Below, piece after piece: positions 36,325 through 45,246 of a DNA stretch of 64,000 bases. The stretch is taken from contig CAZENU010000004.1 of NCBI GenBank assembly GCA_964513735.1, forward strand, positions 14,064 through 78,063, given 5' to 3'. Made by a program: the position numbers and the translations under genes. Each line of letters begins with the position of its first letter. Positions within the stretch are counted from its first letter, which is position 1. The DNA is from an uncultured Dehalococcoidia bacterium (GTDB lineage: Bacteria; Chloroflexota; Dehalococcoidia; Lucifugimonadales; CAZENU01). Under the pieces are notes generated by a model, which worked only from the letters and a program-made list of their open reading frames with translations, was not told where the DNA came from and made no database searches.

Positions 36325-37272
36325 TCAAAAGCCGGCGCGCTTGTCGCACACGTAGATGAACTGCTTGTTGGCCAGGAACCTGCGCAGGTTCTCCTTGAAG
36401 TTCTCCCTGCCACCGGCGCGGGCGTCGGGAGAGTGGGCCGAAGTGTGTGGGGACAGTACGACGTTCTCCATGTCCCAGAGCGGGCTCTCGACGGGCAGCG
36501 GCTCCACGGCCGTCACGTCCAGGGCGGCCCCGGCCAGGTGGCCAGAGCGCAGATGCTTGATCAGCGCATCCTCATCGACGATATTGCCTCTGGAGATCGC
36601 GACCACGTACGCGCCTTGCTTGAGAAGGCCCAACCTGCGTGAGTCGATGAGCCCCCGGGTCTCGGCCGTAAGGGGCGCCGTCACGACGAACCAGTCCGAT
36701 ATCTCGAGCAGCTCGTCTAGGCGATCGAGTCCCCACAGGCCCGAGACGCCCAGCGGCGGGGACTCGGGGTGTTTGTCGACCGCGTAGACCTCCAACCCGA
36801 AGCCGATAGCCCTCTGGGCCACCGCCTTGCCCACGTCTCCGAGGGCCAAGATGCCCATCACGCGCCCGTCGAGGTCTACGAACGGAGAAGAGCCGGCCTG
36901 CCAGTCATGAGCGCGCTGGGCGTCCATCAGCCTGGGTAGTCGGTGGGCGAGGCTCAGTATCATCGCGAAGACGTGGTTCGCCATCGGAAGGGCGTGGGGC
37001 CCTCGGGAGTTGGTCAGCACGACGTCGCTGTCCACCAGCTCGGGCAGGTCAACGATCTGGTTGATCCCGGTGCCGGGGCGCTGGATCCAGCGCAGCTTTT
37101 CCGCGGCGATGAAGGCCTCCCGCGTCGGCCAGCCGTACATCGCGTCGGCGTCCGCGAGTTGCTCGAGCTGCTCGGCCTGGTTGGTGGCCACTGTGAACGT
37201 GACCCCAGCGTGCTCGGCTCTCAGTTCGTCGGCAAGGGGCTCGTGGTCGCCGGTGAGGACGATCTTCATCAT
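36325..37272 (-). CDS. D-isomer-specific 2-hydroxyacid dehydrogenase family protein (paralogue 2)
   Basis: ORF trimmed to MMKIVLTG (ATG 37272, RBS AAGGAG). Same motif set as the neighbour, and both end ..FLAN..F..VCDKRAGF. Confidence 0.85.
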   Translation of the reverse strand: MMKIVLTGDHEPLADELRAEHAGVTFTVATNQAEQLEQLADADAMYGWPTREAFIAAEKLRWIQRPGTGINQIVDLPELVDSDVVLTNSRGPHALPMANHVFAMILSLAHRLPRLMDAQRAHDWQAGSSPFVDLDGRVMGILALGDVGKAVAQRAIGFGLEVYAVDKHPESPPLGVSGLWGLDRLDELLEISDWFVVTAPLTAETRGLIDSRRLGLLKQGAYVVAISRGNIVDEDALIKHLRSGHLAGAALDVTAVEPLPVESPLWDMENVVLSPHTSAHSPDARAGGRENFKENLRRFLANKQFIYVCDKRAGF

Positions 37273-37297
37273 GGATCTCCTTAGATGCTCGGGTTGG

Positions 37298-38443
37298 TCA
37301 GGCGTCCGCTGCCGTGGCCTGGGCGTCGGCCAGGCACAGCTCGATCTCGCGGCGGACGGCCGTGTCGTCCTCGGTCTCCACCGCCGATCGCAGGGCGGAC
37401 CTGGCTTCGTCACCGCCGATACGGCCCAGGGCCCAGGCCGCGTGCTCCCTCACCAGTGCGTCGCGCGCACCCAGCGACTTGACCAGCGCCGGGACCGCCA
37501 CTGGGTCCCTGATGTTGCCCAGGGCGACGCAGACGTTGCGCTGAAGGCCGGCGCGCTTGGCGCGTTTGATCGGGCTGCCGCGGAACCGCTCCCTGAAGTC
37601 CTCGTCGCTCATCTCCAGCAGTGGCAGCAGTTCGGGCGCGGCGAAGTCGTGGCGCTGGCGGAAGGCCGGCTCGTTCCCGCCGCCGGCTTTCCGGTTCACA
37701 GGGCACACGTCCTGGCAGATGTCGCAGCCAAAGACCCAGTCCCCCACCAGCGGCCGCAGCTCTCTTGGAATCGAACCCCGGAGCTCGATGGTGAGGAAGG
37801 AGATGCAGCGCCGGTTGTCTATCACGAAGGGGGCCACGATGGCGCCGGTCGGGCAGTCGTCGATGCAGCGCACGCATTCGCCGCAGTTCTTGGCCAGCGG
37901 CGGGTCCGGCTCCAACTCCAGGTCGGTGACGACGTTGCCCAGCAGGATCCACGAGCTGAGCGTGGAATTGAGGATGTTGGTGTTCTTGCCGAACCAGCCG
38001 ATTCCGGCCCGCTCGGCGGCGGCCCGGTCGTTCATCGGGCCGTCGTCGACGAAGATGCGGGTAGCTACGGGGCGTCCCGCACGCTGGGACAGGCCGTCGC
38101 AGAACTGTCTGAGGCGTGCCTTCATCACGTCGTGGTAGTCGTCGCCCCAGGCGTACCGGGCCACCCGGCCGTGCGGTCCCGAGCCCTTCGTGCGTGGCTC
38201 GCCGGTCAGATAGCTCATCGCAAGCGAAACGATAGATCGCGCGCCGGGGAGGAGCACTCCGGGCCGGTTGGCTCGCCGCACGCGCTCCTCCGTGTACCAG
38301 GGCAGACCGTCCATCAGCCCCTGTCGCACGCGCTGGACCGCCGCCTGCTCGTCGCGGGAGAAGGGCTCGGCCGAGGCGATGCCCACGCTGTCGAAGCCAA
38401 GCCCGCGAGCGTAACGCTTGATGCTGTCTTCCAGGGTGACCAT
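37298..38443 (-). CDS. queG: tRNA epoxyqueuosine(34) reductase
   Basis: Two 4Fe-4S motifs (CGECVRCIDDCPTGA, CDICQDVCPVN), C-terminal HEAT-like repeats. Start taken at MVTLEDSIKRYA. Confidence 0.88.
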   Translation of the reverse strand: MVTLEDSIKRYARGLGFDSVGIASAEPFSRDEQAAVQRVRQGLMDGLPWYTEERVRRANRPGVLLPGARSIVSLAMSYLTGEPRTKGSGPHGRVARYAWGDDYHDVMKARLRQFCDGLSQRAGRPVATRIFVDDGPMNDRAAAERAGIGWFGKNTNILNSTLSSWILLGNVVTDLELEPDPPLAKNCGECVRCIDDCPTGAIVAPFVIDNRRCISFLTIELRGSIPRELRPLVGDWVFGCDICQDVCPVNRKAGGGNEPAFRQRHDFAAPELLPLLEMSDEDFRERFRGSPIKRAKRAGLQRNVCVALGNIRDPVAVPALVKSLGARDALVREHAAWALGRIGGDEARSALRSAVETEDDTAVRREIELCLADAQATAADA

Positions 38444-38712
38444 CAGACTGGGCCCAATTATGGCACAGGCTCGGATCGCCTTCCACGCCGCGGCTGGACC
38501 GACTCCCGTGGGAGGCGCCCTGCCAGCCGTCGTTGAGACGTGGCGGAGGGATCGAACCAGGCTCGCCACGGTCCTGAGTTAGGTCCGCCTCTCATGTACG
38601 AGACCCGGGCGCAATGACTTGCACAAAGCCGGGCGCCTTACCGGGTATGGGTGCGTCCGTCTGAGGACCGCCACGTGCAAGCTGGACGTCGGAGGTTCGG
38701 GAGAGACGCTGT

Positions 38713-39090
38713 ATGGTATCGTGGGTCTTCAGACGCCCGATAGCTCGCAGCGCCGAGGGATATATGGCAGCCGACAGCAGGCTAATGCACCTGGAGCTGG
38801 ACGACGGCGACGTCGTTGTGGAGTGGGGCGACGGCCACAAGAGCCGCTACGGGGCCAAGTACCTGCGGGTCAACTGCGCGTGCGCCGAGTGCATCGAGGA
38901 GTGGAGCCGTCGTCGCATCCTCGACCCGGCGACGGTTCAGGCCGACATACGCGCCGAGGACCACCTGATGGTTGGCCGATACGCGGTGCAGTTCCTGTGG
39001 AGCGATGAACACTACACCGGGATATACACTTTCGAGCTGCTCCGGAAGCTGTGTGCCTGCGACGAGTGTAAGGCATTGCAGGTGCCGTAA
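38713..39090 (+). CDS. DUF971-family (gamma-butyrobetaine hydroxylase N-terminal-like) protein
   Basis: LELDDGDVVVEWGDGHKSRYGAKYLRVNCACAEC...FLWSDEHYTGIYTFELLRKL is the classic DUF971 pattern. The true start may be ATG 38764. Confidence 0.7.
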   Translation: MVSWVFRRPIARSAEGYMAADSRLMHLELDDGDVVVEWGDGHKSRYGAKYLRVNCACAECIEEWSRRRILDPATVQADIRAEDHLMVGRYAVQFLWSDEHYTGIYTFELLRKLCACDECKALQVP

Positions 39091-39109
39091 CTGGGCCGCA
39101 GCGGAGCGG

Positions 39110-39153
39110 GACGACAAAAGGCCCCGCCGACCAACCGGCGGGGCCTTTTGTCG
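39110..39153. terminator. Bidirectional Rho-independent-type terminator
   Basis: Perfect 19-bp stem ACGACAAAAGGCCCCGCCG / CGGCGGGGCCTTTTGTCGT with a 6-nt loop, between convergent genes. The A/T runs sit inside the stem arms. Confidence 0.7.
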
Positions 39154-39168
39154 TAGTTCGGCTGGGAG

Positions 39169-39945
39169 TTAGATTCGGACTCGCGCCCGCCTGTCCCTGA
39201 TGACGAGCAGACTGCCTGCCACGAGCAGCAGCACCGAGGCGATTAGGACCGCCTGGGCCAGCATCGGAATTGCAGGCTCGCCGACTACAGGCGGCTGGCC
39301 CGGAACGTTGGGAATGTCGGGCACCTCTTCGAGGCTTGTCAGGTACGTGTCCAGGTCCTGGATTGATGCGGAGGCCTGGACGGCGCCGTCGCCAAGGGCC
39401 ACTGACCCGTTCAAAGCGGCTTCGAGATCACTAATGACGGTGTTACCGCCCGGGCCCAAAAGAATCTTGGCCAGGCTCAGGCTGGTCTCGTTGAGGATGC
39501 CGAGTGCAATGTCTCTAGCGCTTTCTGACTTGGCAATCGCGTTGTCGGCGCCGGTGGAGATAGCCGTAGTGATGGCCACTAGCTCCGCGTCGTCCGGTAA
39601 GGCCGAAGCAACGGCGTCGGCCTGGGCCGCCAGCGTCGTAGCGTGTCCAACGACTCCGATGCCGTCACCGAAGTCCTCGGTGGTGCCGTCGCCGTTCAGG
39701 TCCCCATAGTTCGCGCCGCCCGCGCCCTCAATGGCGTTGATGACGTGCTCGAGGTGGCTGTGTATGCCCTCGATGGTCGTCTCGTTCTTGGCCAGGCGGG
39801 CGTGTGTGACGGCCATGTTGAGCTGGGCTTCAAGGTTGCCCGCGGTCGTCTCCAGGGCACCGTGGCCTGCCCCGTAAACTATCCCGACCGGCAGTACGAT
39901 CAGTAGCCCCAAGGCGATCAGAGAGACCTGCTTTATCCTGTGCAT
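39169..39945 (-). CDS. Hypothetical exported alpha-helical protein with C-terminal membrane anchor
   Basis: Signal peptide MHRIKQVSLIALGLLIVLPVGIVYGAG, an Ala/Leu-rich helical body with HSHLEH, a Pro-rich linker and a C-terminal TM helix followed by RDRRARVRI. It lies downstream of and co-oriented with the sigma/anti-sigma pair. Confidence 0.5.
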   Translation of the reverse strand: MHRIKQVSLIALGLLIVLPVGIVYGAGHGALETTAGNLEAQLNMAVTHARLAKNETTIEGIHSHLEHVINAIEGAGGANYGDLNGDGTTEDFGDGIGVVGHATTLAAQADAVASALPDDAELVAITTAISTGADNAIAKSESARDIALGILNETSLSLAKILLGPGGNTVISDLEAALNGSVALGDGAVQASASIQDLDTYLTSLEEVPDIPNVPGQPPVVGEPAIPMLAQAVLIASVLLLVAGSLLVIRDRRARVRI

Positions 39946-40058
39946 GTTGCGTCCCTCGCCTCCTGCGGTTCGTTTGATTCCGGACAGCGTACGATGCATA
40001 CGCTAACACAAGGAGTGTACTTACGATAGACCTTGGGCAGTCAGTTTACCACAGAATG

Positions 40059-40892
40059 TTATAGATCGCCCAGCTTGCCCCGCAAGACCGGATCGCCCGA
40101 AGGCTGGGGTTTGCCTGCCGCCTTGTCGACGGTGATCAAGAGCGATTCGTAGTTGGAGATCGGCTCTGGCAGGAGGATGGTCTTCATGCCGTTTCCGTTG
40201 GAGTCGACGTCGATGGTGCCGGCGTTGTACTCAGTCCCCTCTTTGACCATCCAAACTCGGAAAACTCTGTCAGTCGGCAGCACCGGCATATTGGACGCCC
40301 ACAGCTTCACAGCCGACTCCGATGCCCGTACAACGATCATGCCGCCGGCTTTTGTCGCCCTGTCGGTGGCCGAGAGCAGCTTCACCGAAGCGTCTGGCGC
40401 GTTGGCCCAGTAGGTGAGGTCCCGCAGGTCGTTGACCATCTTGGCCATCTCTGCCTCGCCGTCGGCCATCGTCTCGAGCTGGCTCTCCAGGACGTCTTTT
40501 TCCTCGGAGATATCGTTGATCCTGACGTTGACCCACACGCCGGCCAGGATCAGCACCACCGCCATGACACCCGCGGCCGCTCCCGCGGACTCCGACACCA
40601 TTCTCTGCCCGGTGTCGGACAGATTGCGGAGCCATCGGACCAGCGCACCGGCCTGAGTCGGGGCGACGTGCGTCGCCGGGATCCTCGCCATGAGCCTCTG
40701 CTTGACGCTGTCCGGGGCCTCCAATTGTGGGGCTGCGTAGACCAGGTGGACGAGTAGATCGGCCTCTTGCCGGAGTGTAACAAGGCACTCGGCGCAGCTA
40801 TCGATATGCGCCTCCATCTCGGCCATCTCGCGGTCGTCGAGGGCGCCGAGCATATACGGTGCCAGGCGCTCTTTGTTTTCCCTACAGCCCAT
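40059..40892 (-). CDS. Anti-sigma factor (zf-HC2 N-terminus, RskA-like extracytoplasmic domain)
   Basis: HIDSCAECL (H-x3-C-x2-C), one central TM segment, and a C-terminal FRVWMVKEG...LLITVDKAAGKPQPSGDPVL RskA-like motif. The start is ATG 40892 or GTG 40904. Confidence 0.75.
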   Translation of the reverse strand: MGCRENKERLAPYMLGALDDREMAEMEAHIDSCAECLVTLRQEADLLVHLVYAAPQLEAPDSVKQRLMARIPATHVAPTQAGALVRWLRNLSDTGQRMVSESAGAAAGVMAVVLILAGVWVNVRINDISEEKDVLESQLETMADGEAEMAKMVNDLRDLTYWANAPDASVKLLSATDRATKAGGMIVVRASESAVKLWASNMPVLPTDRVFRVWMVKEGTEYNAGTIDVDSNGNGMKTILLPEPISNYESLLITVDKAAGKPQPSGDPVLRGKLGDL

Positions 40893-40894
40893 CC

Positions 40895-41518
40895 CTAGTT
40901 CCACTCCTCCTGGGCCTGCGGGCCCATCAGGTCTCTGAGCTTCTTTAATGCCAATCGCATCCGGGTCTTCACGGTACCCAGGGGCTGGTCCAGCTTCTTT
41001 GCGATCTCGGAGTGGGTCAGGCCGCCGTAGTAGGCCAGTATGACCACGTCTCGTTGCTCCGGTCGCAGTCCGGACAGCGCCTCCTTGATCTCGCTGCGCC
41101 GCATCCGGCCGATGGCGAATCTCGCCGGGTCGCCCGAATCGTCCGCCAGGCAGCTTAGCAGGTCCACGTCCTGGGACGAGTGGGCCTGCTCACGCCGCTT
41201 GCGCCTCCTGACCTCGTCTATGACCCGGTGGTGGGCTATGCTGAAGAGCCACGCGATCACCTTTCCACGGTCCGACCGGTAGCTCGACGCCCGCCGCCAG
41301 ACGTTGAAGAAGGCGTCCTGCGTCACCTCTTCCGCAGCGCCCGCGTCTCTCAGCATTTGCATCGCCAGGGAGAAGACCGGACCCGAGTAACGGGCGTACA
41401 GCGCTTCGAGGGCTTCGCGGTCCCGCTCCTTGATCAGCGACATCAACTCCCCGTCTTCGAGCGCCGGGTAGTCCTCGCGGCGGTCTGCCTTCGAATTAAG
41501 ATACGAGGGTTGGGTCAC
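40895..41518 (-). CDS. ECF (sigma-70 family) RNA polymerase sigma factor
   Basis: Region 2 (DAFFNVWRRASSY..AWLFSIAHHRVIDEVRRR) and region 4.2 (LTHSEIAKKLDQPLGTVKTRM). The start is uncertain; GTG 41518 with an upstream GAGGAA is proposed, while the track ORF extends to 41743. Confidence 0.8.
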   Translation of the reverse strand: MTQPSYLNSKADRREDYPALEDGELMSLIKERDREALEALYARYSGPVFSLAMQMLRDAGAAEEVTQDAFFNVWRRASSYRSDRGKVIAWLFSIAHHRVIDEVRRRKRREQAHSSQDVDLLSCLADDSGDPARFAIGRMRRSEIKEALSGLRPEQRDVVILAYYGGLTHSEIAKKLDQPLGTVKTRMRLALKKLRDLMGPQAQEEWN

Positions 41519-41810
41519 GGTTGGATTTCGTTCCTCTGCGCTCAAGCTGGACTCTTTCGTGGAAGGGAGGTCGGGGTACCGGGTGGGAAGCTCCTGTCCG
41601 TAGTGCGGGCCGGGGCCTGGAACGGGTACAGACGGGGGCGCCCAGGGGTGCTTTGAACGTGGCCAATATATCAGAGCGTCGGACTCGATGACGGTCACCG
41701 ACGGTCGGCTGCCGGTGTCTTGACGGCCGCCGCGGCCCGTCACTATAGTGGTCGCCTATTGGTCACTATCCCCAAGCGCCGTTGAAACGGGCCACAGCCA
41801 GGAGTCACCC

Positions 41811-42905
41811 GTGAAAGCAGCCGTACTGTACGAAGGCAACCGGCACCTGGAAATCAGAGAGCTGGCACAGGATGCGCCCAAGGCTGGAGAGGTTCGCGTC
41901 GAGACGGACGCGGCGGGCATTTGCGCCAGCGATCACCATGTCATCAGCGGCACGGCAGTCGCGTCCCTGCTGCCCGCGGTGCTGGGACACGAGGGGTCGG
42001 GTACGGTCGTGGAGGTCGGCCCGGGTGTAACGCGGGTCAAACCCGGCGACCGCTGTATTCTGGCCTTCGTGTCCAACTGCGGTCACTGCAAGTCGTGTCG
42101 TACAGGGTTTCCAAACCTCTGCGACACGAACATGGCCACTGGCTGGAGGCAGTTTGACGGCACTGTCAGGCTCCACGACGGCGACGACGACGTCTATCAG
42201 ATGACCAAGCTCGGCGTATTCGGAGACTCGATGGTGATACCGCAGCAGTCCTGCCACCCGATTCCCGACGGCGTGCCCGCTGAGGTCGCCGCCCTCATCG
42301 GCTGCTCCGTCACGACAGGCGTGGGGGCCGTGATCAACAACCCTGCCTCCAAGGTAGGCATGACGGTCGCGGTGTTCGGGTGTGGTGGCGTCGGTCTCAA
42401 CGTGATCCAGGGCGCCCGGCTCTTCAGCGCCAGCCGCATCATCGCGGTAGACGTATACGATCACAAGCTGGAGTTCACCTACAAATTCGGCGCCACCGAC
42501 GTGATCAACGCCCGCGGGACCGACGCCGTGGAGGCCATCAAGGAGCTGACCGGAGGCGGAGTCGACATGGCCTTCGATGCCTTCGGCAGCCCGCAGACCA
42601 CGGACGACATGCTGAAGTCCGTCCGCAAGGCAGGCACTGGCGTCATCATCGGCCTGGCGCCAGACGGAGCGACGGCGCCCGTGGACCTGGTCGAGATGAT
42701 CCGCCATCAGAAGACGCTGATGGGCAGCTACTACGGCTCGGTCAGCCCCCACGAGACCTTCGGCACGCTGGTGGACATGTACCTGAAAGGGCGAATAGAG
42801 ATAGACAGCCTGATAGTACGCCGCTACTCCCTCGAGCAGATCAACGAAGCCTTCGACGCCCTGGCCGCAGGCGAGGACGGCCGCGGCGTCATCGTGTACC
42901 GATAG
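41811..42905 (+). CDS. Zinc-dependent alcohol dehydrogenase family protein (class III-like)
   Basis: GHEGSGTVVEVG, structural zinc CGHCKSCRTGFPNLC, and GCGGVGLNVIQG. GTG 41811 is preceded by AGGAG. Confidence 0.85.
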   Translation: MKAAVLYEGNRHLEIRELAQDAPKAGEVRVETDAAGICASDHHVISGTAVASLLPAVLGHEGSGTVVEVGPGVTRVKPGDRCILAFVSNCGHCKSCRTGFPNLCDTNMATGWRQFDGTVRLHDGDDDVYQMTKLGVFGDSMVIPQQSCHPIPDGVPAEVAALIGCSVTTGVGAVINNPASKVGMTVAVFGCGGVGLNVIQGARLFSASRIIAVDVYDHKLEFTYKFGATDVINARGTDAVEAIKELTGGGVDMAFDAFGSPQTTDDMLKSVRKAGTGVIIGLAPDGATAPVDLVEMIRHQKTLMGSYYGSVSPHETFGTLVDMYLKGRIEIDSLIVRRYSLEQINEAFDALAAGEDGRGVIVYR

Positions 42906-43149
42906 CCAGCCTTCTGTCGGCCGCGTGTGCGGCTTCGCCCCGCCCCAGATTGACGGAATCCTGGGACACGCTTTGTCCGCATCCAGGCGTAGTTGTTCGC
43001 CCGTAGACCCAGCATGGCGGTCTGTCTGACGCGTCGGCGCGTCCCGGGAGCCGGGCATGTGCGCCCTGGACCCGAGCAGGCCGGAGATGTTCCGGCGTAT
43101 GCTAGAGTTTCTGGACAAGGACTCGGACTAACGACCCCAGGAGGACGAC

Positions 43150-43593
43150 GTGCCAGGATTCGTGCTCTCGGAGCGAATCGACAGTTCGCGCGATGAGGTG
43201 TTCGACTATCTCACCGACCTCGACAACGCCTCGAAGTGGATGCCTGACGTCACTCGGATAGAGAGGCTCACGGACGGGCCGGTGGCCGTTGGCACACGCT
43301 ACCGGGAGCTGCGATGGACCAAGAGAGGCGAGGCCCGGACGGACATGGAGGTCACCACCATGGACCCGCCGGGCCGGTACGCGGCAACCTTCGATCAGGG
43401 TGGCTACCGTGCAACGTTCAGCTACACCTTCTCCCTGGACGGTACAGGCACGCGGGTAGACATGTCTTGCGTCCTTCAGTCCAGGGGAGGCCGAACGCTG
43501 ATGGCACCGATCATCTCCTGGCTGCTGAAGCGACAGGACAAGCACCAGCTCCGCAACCTCAAATGCGCCATGGAGAAGGGCGACGAAGAGTGA
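43150..43593 (+). CDS. SRPBCC-superfamily (polyketide cyclase/dehydrase-like) protein
   Basis: 147 aa. FVLSERIDSSRDEVFDYLTDLDNASKWMPDV is a typical SRPBCC N-terminus. GTG start. Confidence 0.75.
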   Translation: MPGFVLSERIDSSRDEVFDYLTDLDNASKWMPDVTRIERLTDGPVAVGTRYRELRWTKRGEARTDMEVTTMDPPGRYAATFDQGGYRATFSYTFSLDGTGTRVDMSCVLQSRGGRTLMAPIISWLLKRQDKHQLRNLKCAMEKGDEE

Positions 43594-43745
43594 TCGGAGT
43601 GAATGTTTACCGGGGTCTGAGGCCAGCAGGTCCTTCCGGGACCAGCGCACCGCACGTCCCGATATCGCAGCGGGCTACTCAGGGTGATCGGAGCGAGTGT
43701 TTCCAGGGGTCTGAGCCCGGCGCAGCCTTCTGGCACCAGCGCACC
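43590..43745. repeat. Two ~62-bp direct repeats, 94 bp apart start to start
   Basis: 43590-43651 and 43684-43745 agree at 50 of 62 positions in my alignment (gtgatcggag.ga.tgttt.c.ggggtctgag...accagcgcacc). Confidence 0.7.
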
Positions 43746-43820
43746 CCCCGGCCGCCCGACGTCCCTCGGGTTGCTCGGGATTACAGAGGAGTCCCCCCCT
43801 ACCCTCGGCCCCATCGCCTG

Positions 43821-45125
43821 CTACATCAGCAGGGTGAACGGGTTCTCCAGTATGCGCTTGACCTCGCCGATGAAGCGCGCGCCCTCGGCGCCGTCCACGA
43901 CGCGGTGGTCCGCGGATAGCGTCGCGGTCATCGTGTCGGCAACGGCGATCTGGTCGCCGCGGACGACGGGACGCTTGGCTACGGTGCCCACCGCAAGCAT
44001 CGCGGACTGGGGCGGCTGGATGATGGCGACGAAGCTGGACACGTCGAACATCCCCATGTTGCTGATGGCAAAGGTGCCGCCGGTGTATTCCTGGGGGTGT
44101 AGCGTGCCGCTGTTGGCCCGCTGGACCAGGTCCTTGCTTGCGGCGGCGAGCTCTACCAGCGACTTATCGCCGCAGTCGAGTATCGCCGGCACTACCAGCC
44201 CCGCCTCCTGGGCAATGGCGATGCCCACGTTCACGGTATCGTGCATCCGTATGCCATCGTCCAAATAAGACGCGTTGAACTTGGGGTGCCGCTGCAGGGC
44301 CTCGACGCATGCCTTGACCACCAGGTCGTTGACGCTGATACGCGAGCCGTCGTCGAGGCCGCTGTTGACTTGGCGCCGCAGCTCCATCGCCTGCGACATG
44401 TCGATCTCGGCCGAGACGTAGAAGTGGGGTATCTCCTGTTTGCTGCGGGCAGTCACCCGGGCGATCTGCTGCCGCATTCGCGACAGCGGCACAGTCTCGG
44501 CCGGTGGGCCGGCCGCGGGTTCCGGGGCCTCCTCGAGCGGCGCCTCGACCGCCACCGCTGGCGTCTCCGTAGTCTCCGAGACTGCCTCCGCGGGCTCCGC
44601 CTCTTCGCGGGGCTCAGACGGTCCTTCGTAGCCGAACACGTCGTCCCGGGTTATCCGGCCACCTGGCCCGGTGCCGGTCAGCAGGCCCAGACTTATGCCG
44701 CGCTCCGCGGCCAGACGGCGCGCGACGGGCGACGCTCGCACCTCCTGTACCGCCTCCGGGACCGGCTCCTCTGGCTCGGCGGTGGATGCCGGCAGCGGTA
44801 TGCCGGCGGGCTCCTGGACCGGCTCCTGGGGAGCCTCCGGTTCCTTCGCGGCTTCGGGCTCCTCCGCGGCCGGCTCGACGACGACGACGTCTTCTATCTC
44901 CTCGCCGGCGTCACCGATGATCGCGATCGGCTGGCCCACGGGCACGGTGGTGCCCTCGGAGACCAGAATCTTCCGCAGCAGGCCGGCGGCGGCCGACTCG
45001 ACCTCGACGACGGCCTTGTCCGTCTCGATCTCGGCTATCGGATCGCCCAGGGCGACCTCAGCGTCCTCCGATTTGAGCCATCGCACGAGGGTGCCCTCTT
45101 GCATGTCGTAACCCATCTGCGGCAT
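43821..45125 (-). CDS. pdhC: Dihydrolipoamide acyltransferase (E2) of a 2-oxoacid dehydrogenase complex
   Basis: Lipoyl domain IETDKAVVEVES, Ala/Pro/Glu linkers, an E3-binding domain (ASPVARRLAAERGI) and catalytic DHRVVDG. Start trimmed to MPQMGYDM. Confidence 0.9.
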   Translation of the reverse strand: MPQMGYDMQEGTLVRWLKSEDAEVALGDPIAEIETDKAVVEVESAAAGLLRKILVSEGTTVPVGQPIAIIGDAGEEIEDVVVVEPAAEEPEAAKEPEAPQEPVQEPAGIPLPASTAEPEEPVPEAVQEVRASPVARRLAAERGISLGLLTGTGPGGRITRDDVFGYEGPSEPREEAEPAEAVSETTETPAVAVEAPLEEAPEPAAGPPAETVPLSRMRQQIARVTARSKQEIPHFYVSAEIDMSQAMELRRQVNSGLDDGSRISVNDLVVKACVEALQRHPKFNASYLDDGIRMHDTVNVGIAIAQEAGLVVPAILDCGDKSLVELAAASKDLVQRANSGTLHPQEYTGGTFAISNMGMFDVSSFVAIIQPPQSAMLAVGTVAKRPVVRGDQIAVADTMTATLSADHRVVDGAEGARFIGEVKRILENPFTLLM

Positions 45126-45246
45126 GGTTATTGGAGTAGCCAGGTCGCACCCCCTAGAAGGTTCTACCGCCGAGATCGCAGAGTGTTTTCCAGTACGTCT
45201 GAATCGTCTCAGTGCTCTCCGGGCACTCTGCGGTAAGTTCTCGGGC

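Noticed and set aside
37010-38536. Very long ORFs antisense to, or out of frame with, recognised genes. Examples: 37010..38536 (+) opposite queG, 47349..48590 (+) opposite lpdA, 55304..56530 (+) opposite a Gfo/Idh/MocA gene, 41805..43118 (-) opposite the ADH, 28486..29571 (-) opposite dinG, and 24572..25417 (+) out of frame within rsmA.
   Set aside because: Their translations are Arg/Gly/Pro/Ala-rich low-complexity strings, as expected for stop-poor alternative frames in GC-rich DNA. In every case the other frame or strand encodes a full-length protein with family motifs.
38541-38640. A tRNA-like 3' end on the minus strand (..CCTGGTTCGATCCCTCCGCCA) upstream of queG.
   Set aside because: I could not build a T-stem or a full cloverleaf, since only ~49 nt separate a possible acceptor 5' strand from the 3' end. 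It is probably a chance GGTTCGATCC match. A tRNA-fragment or att scar cannot be fully excluded without a tRNAscan/BLAST check.
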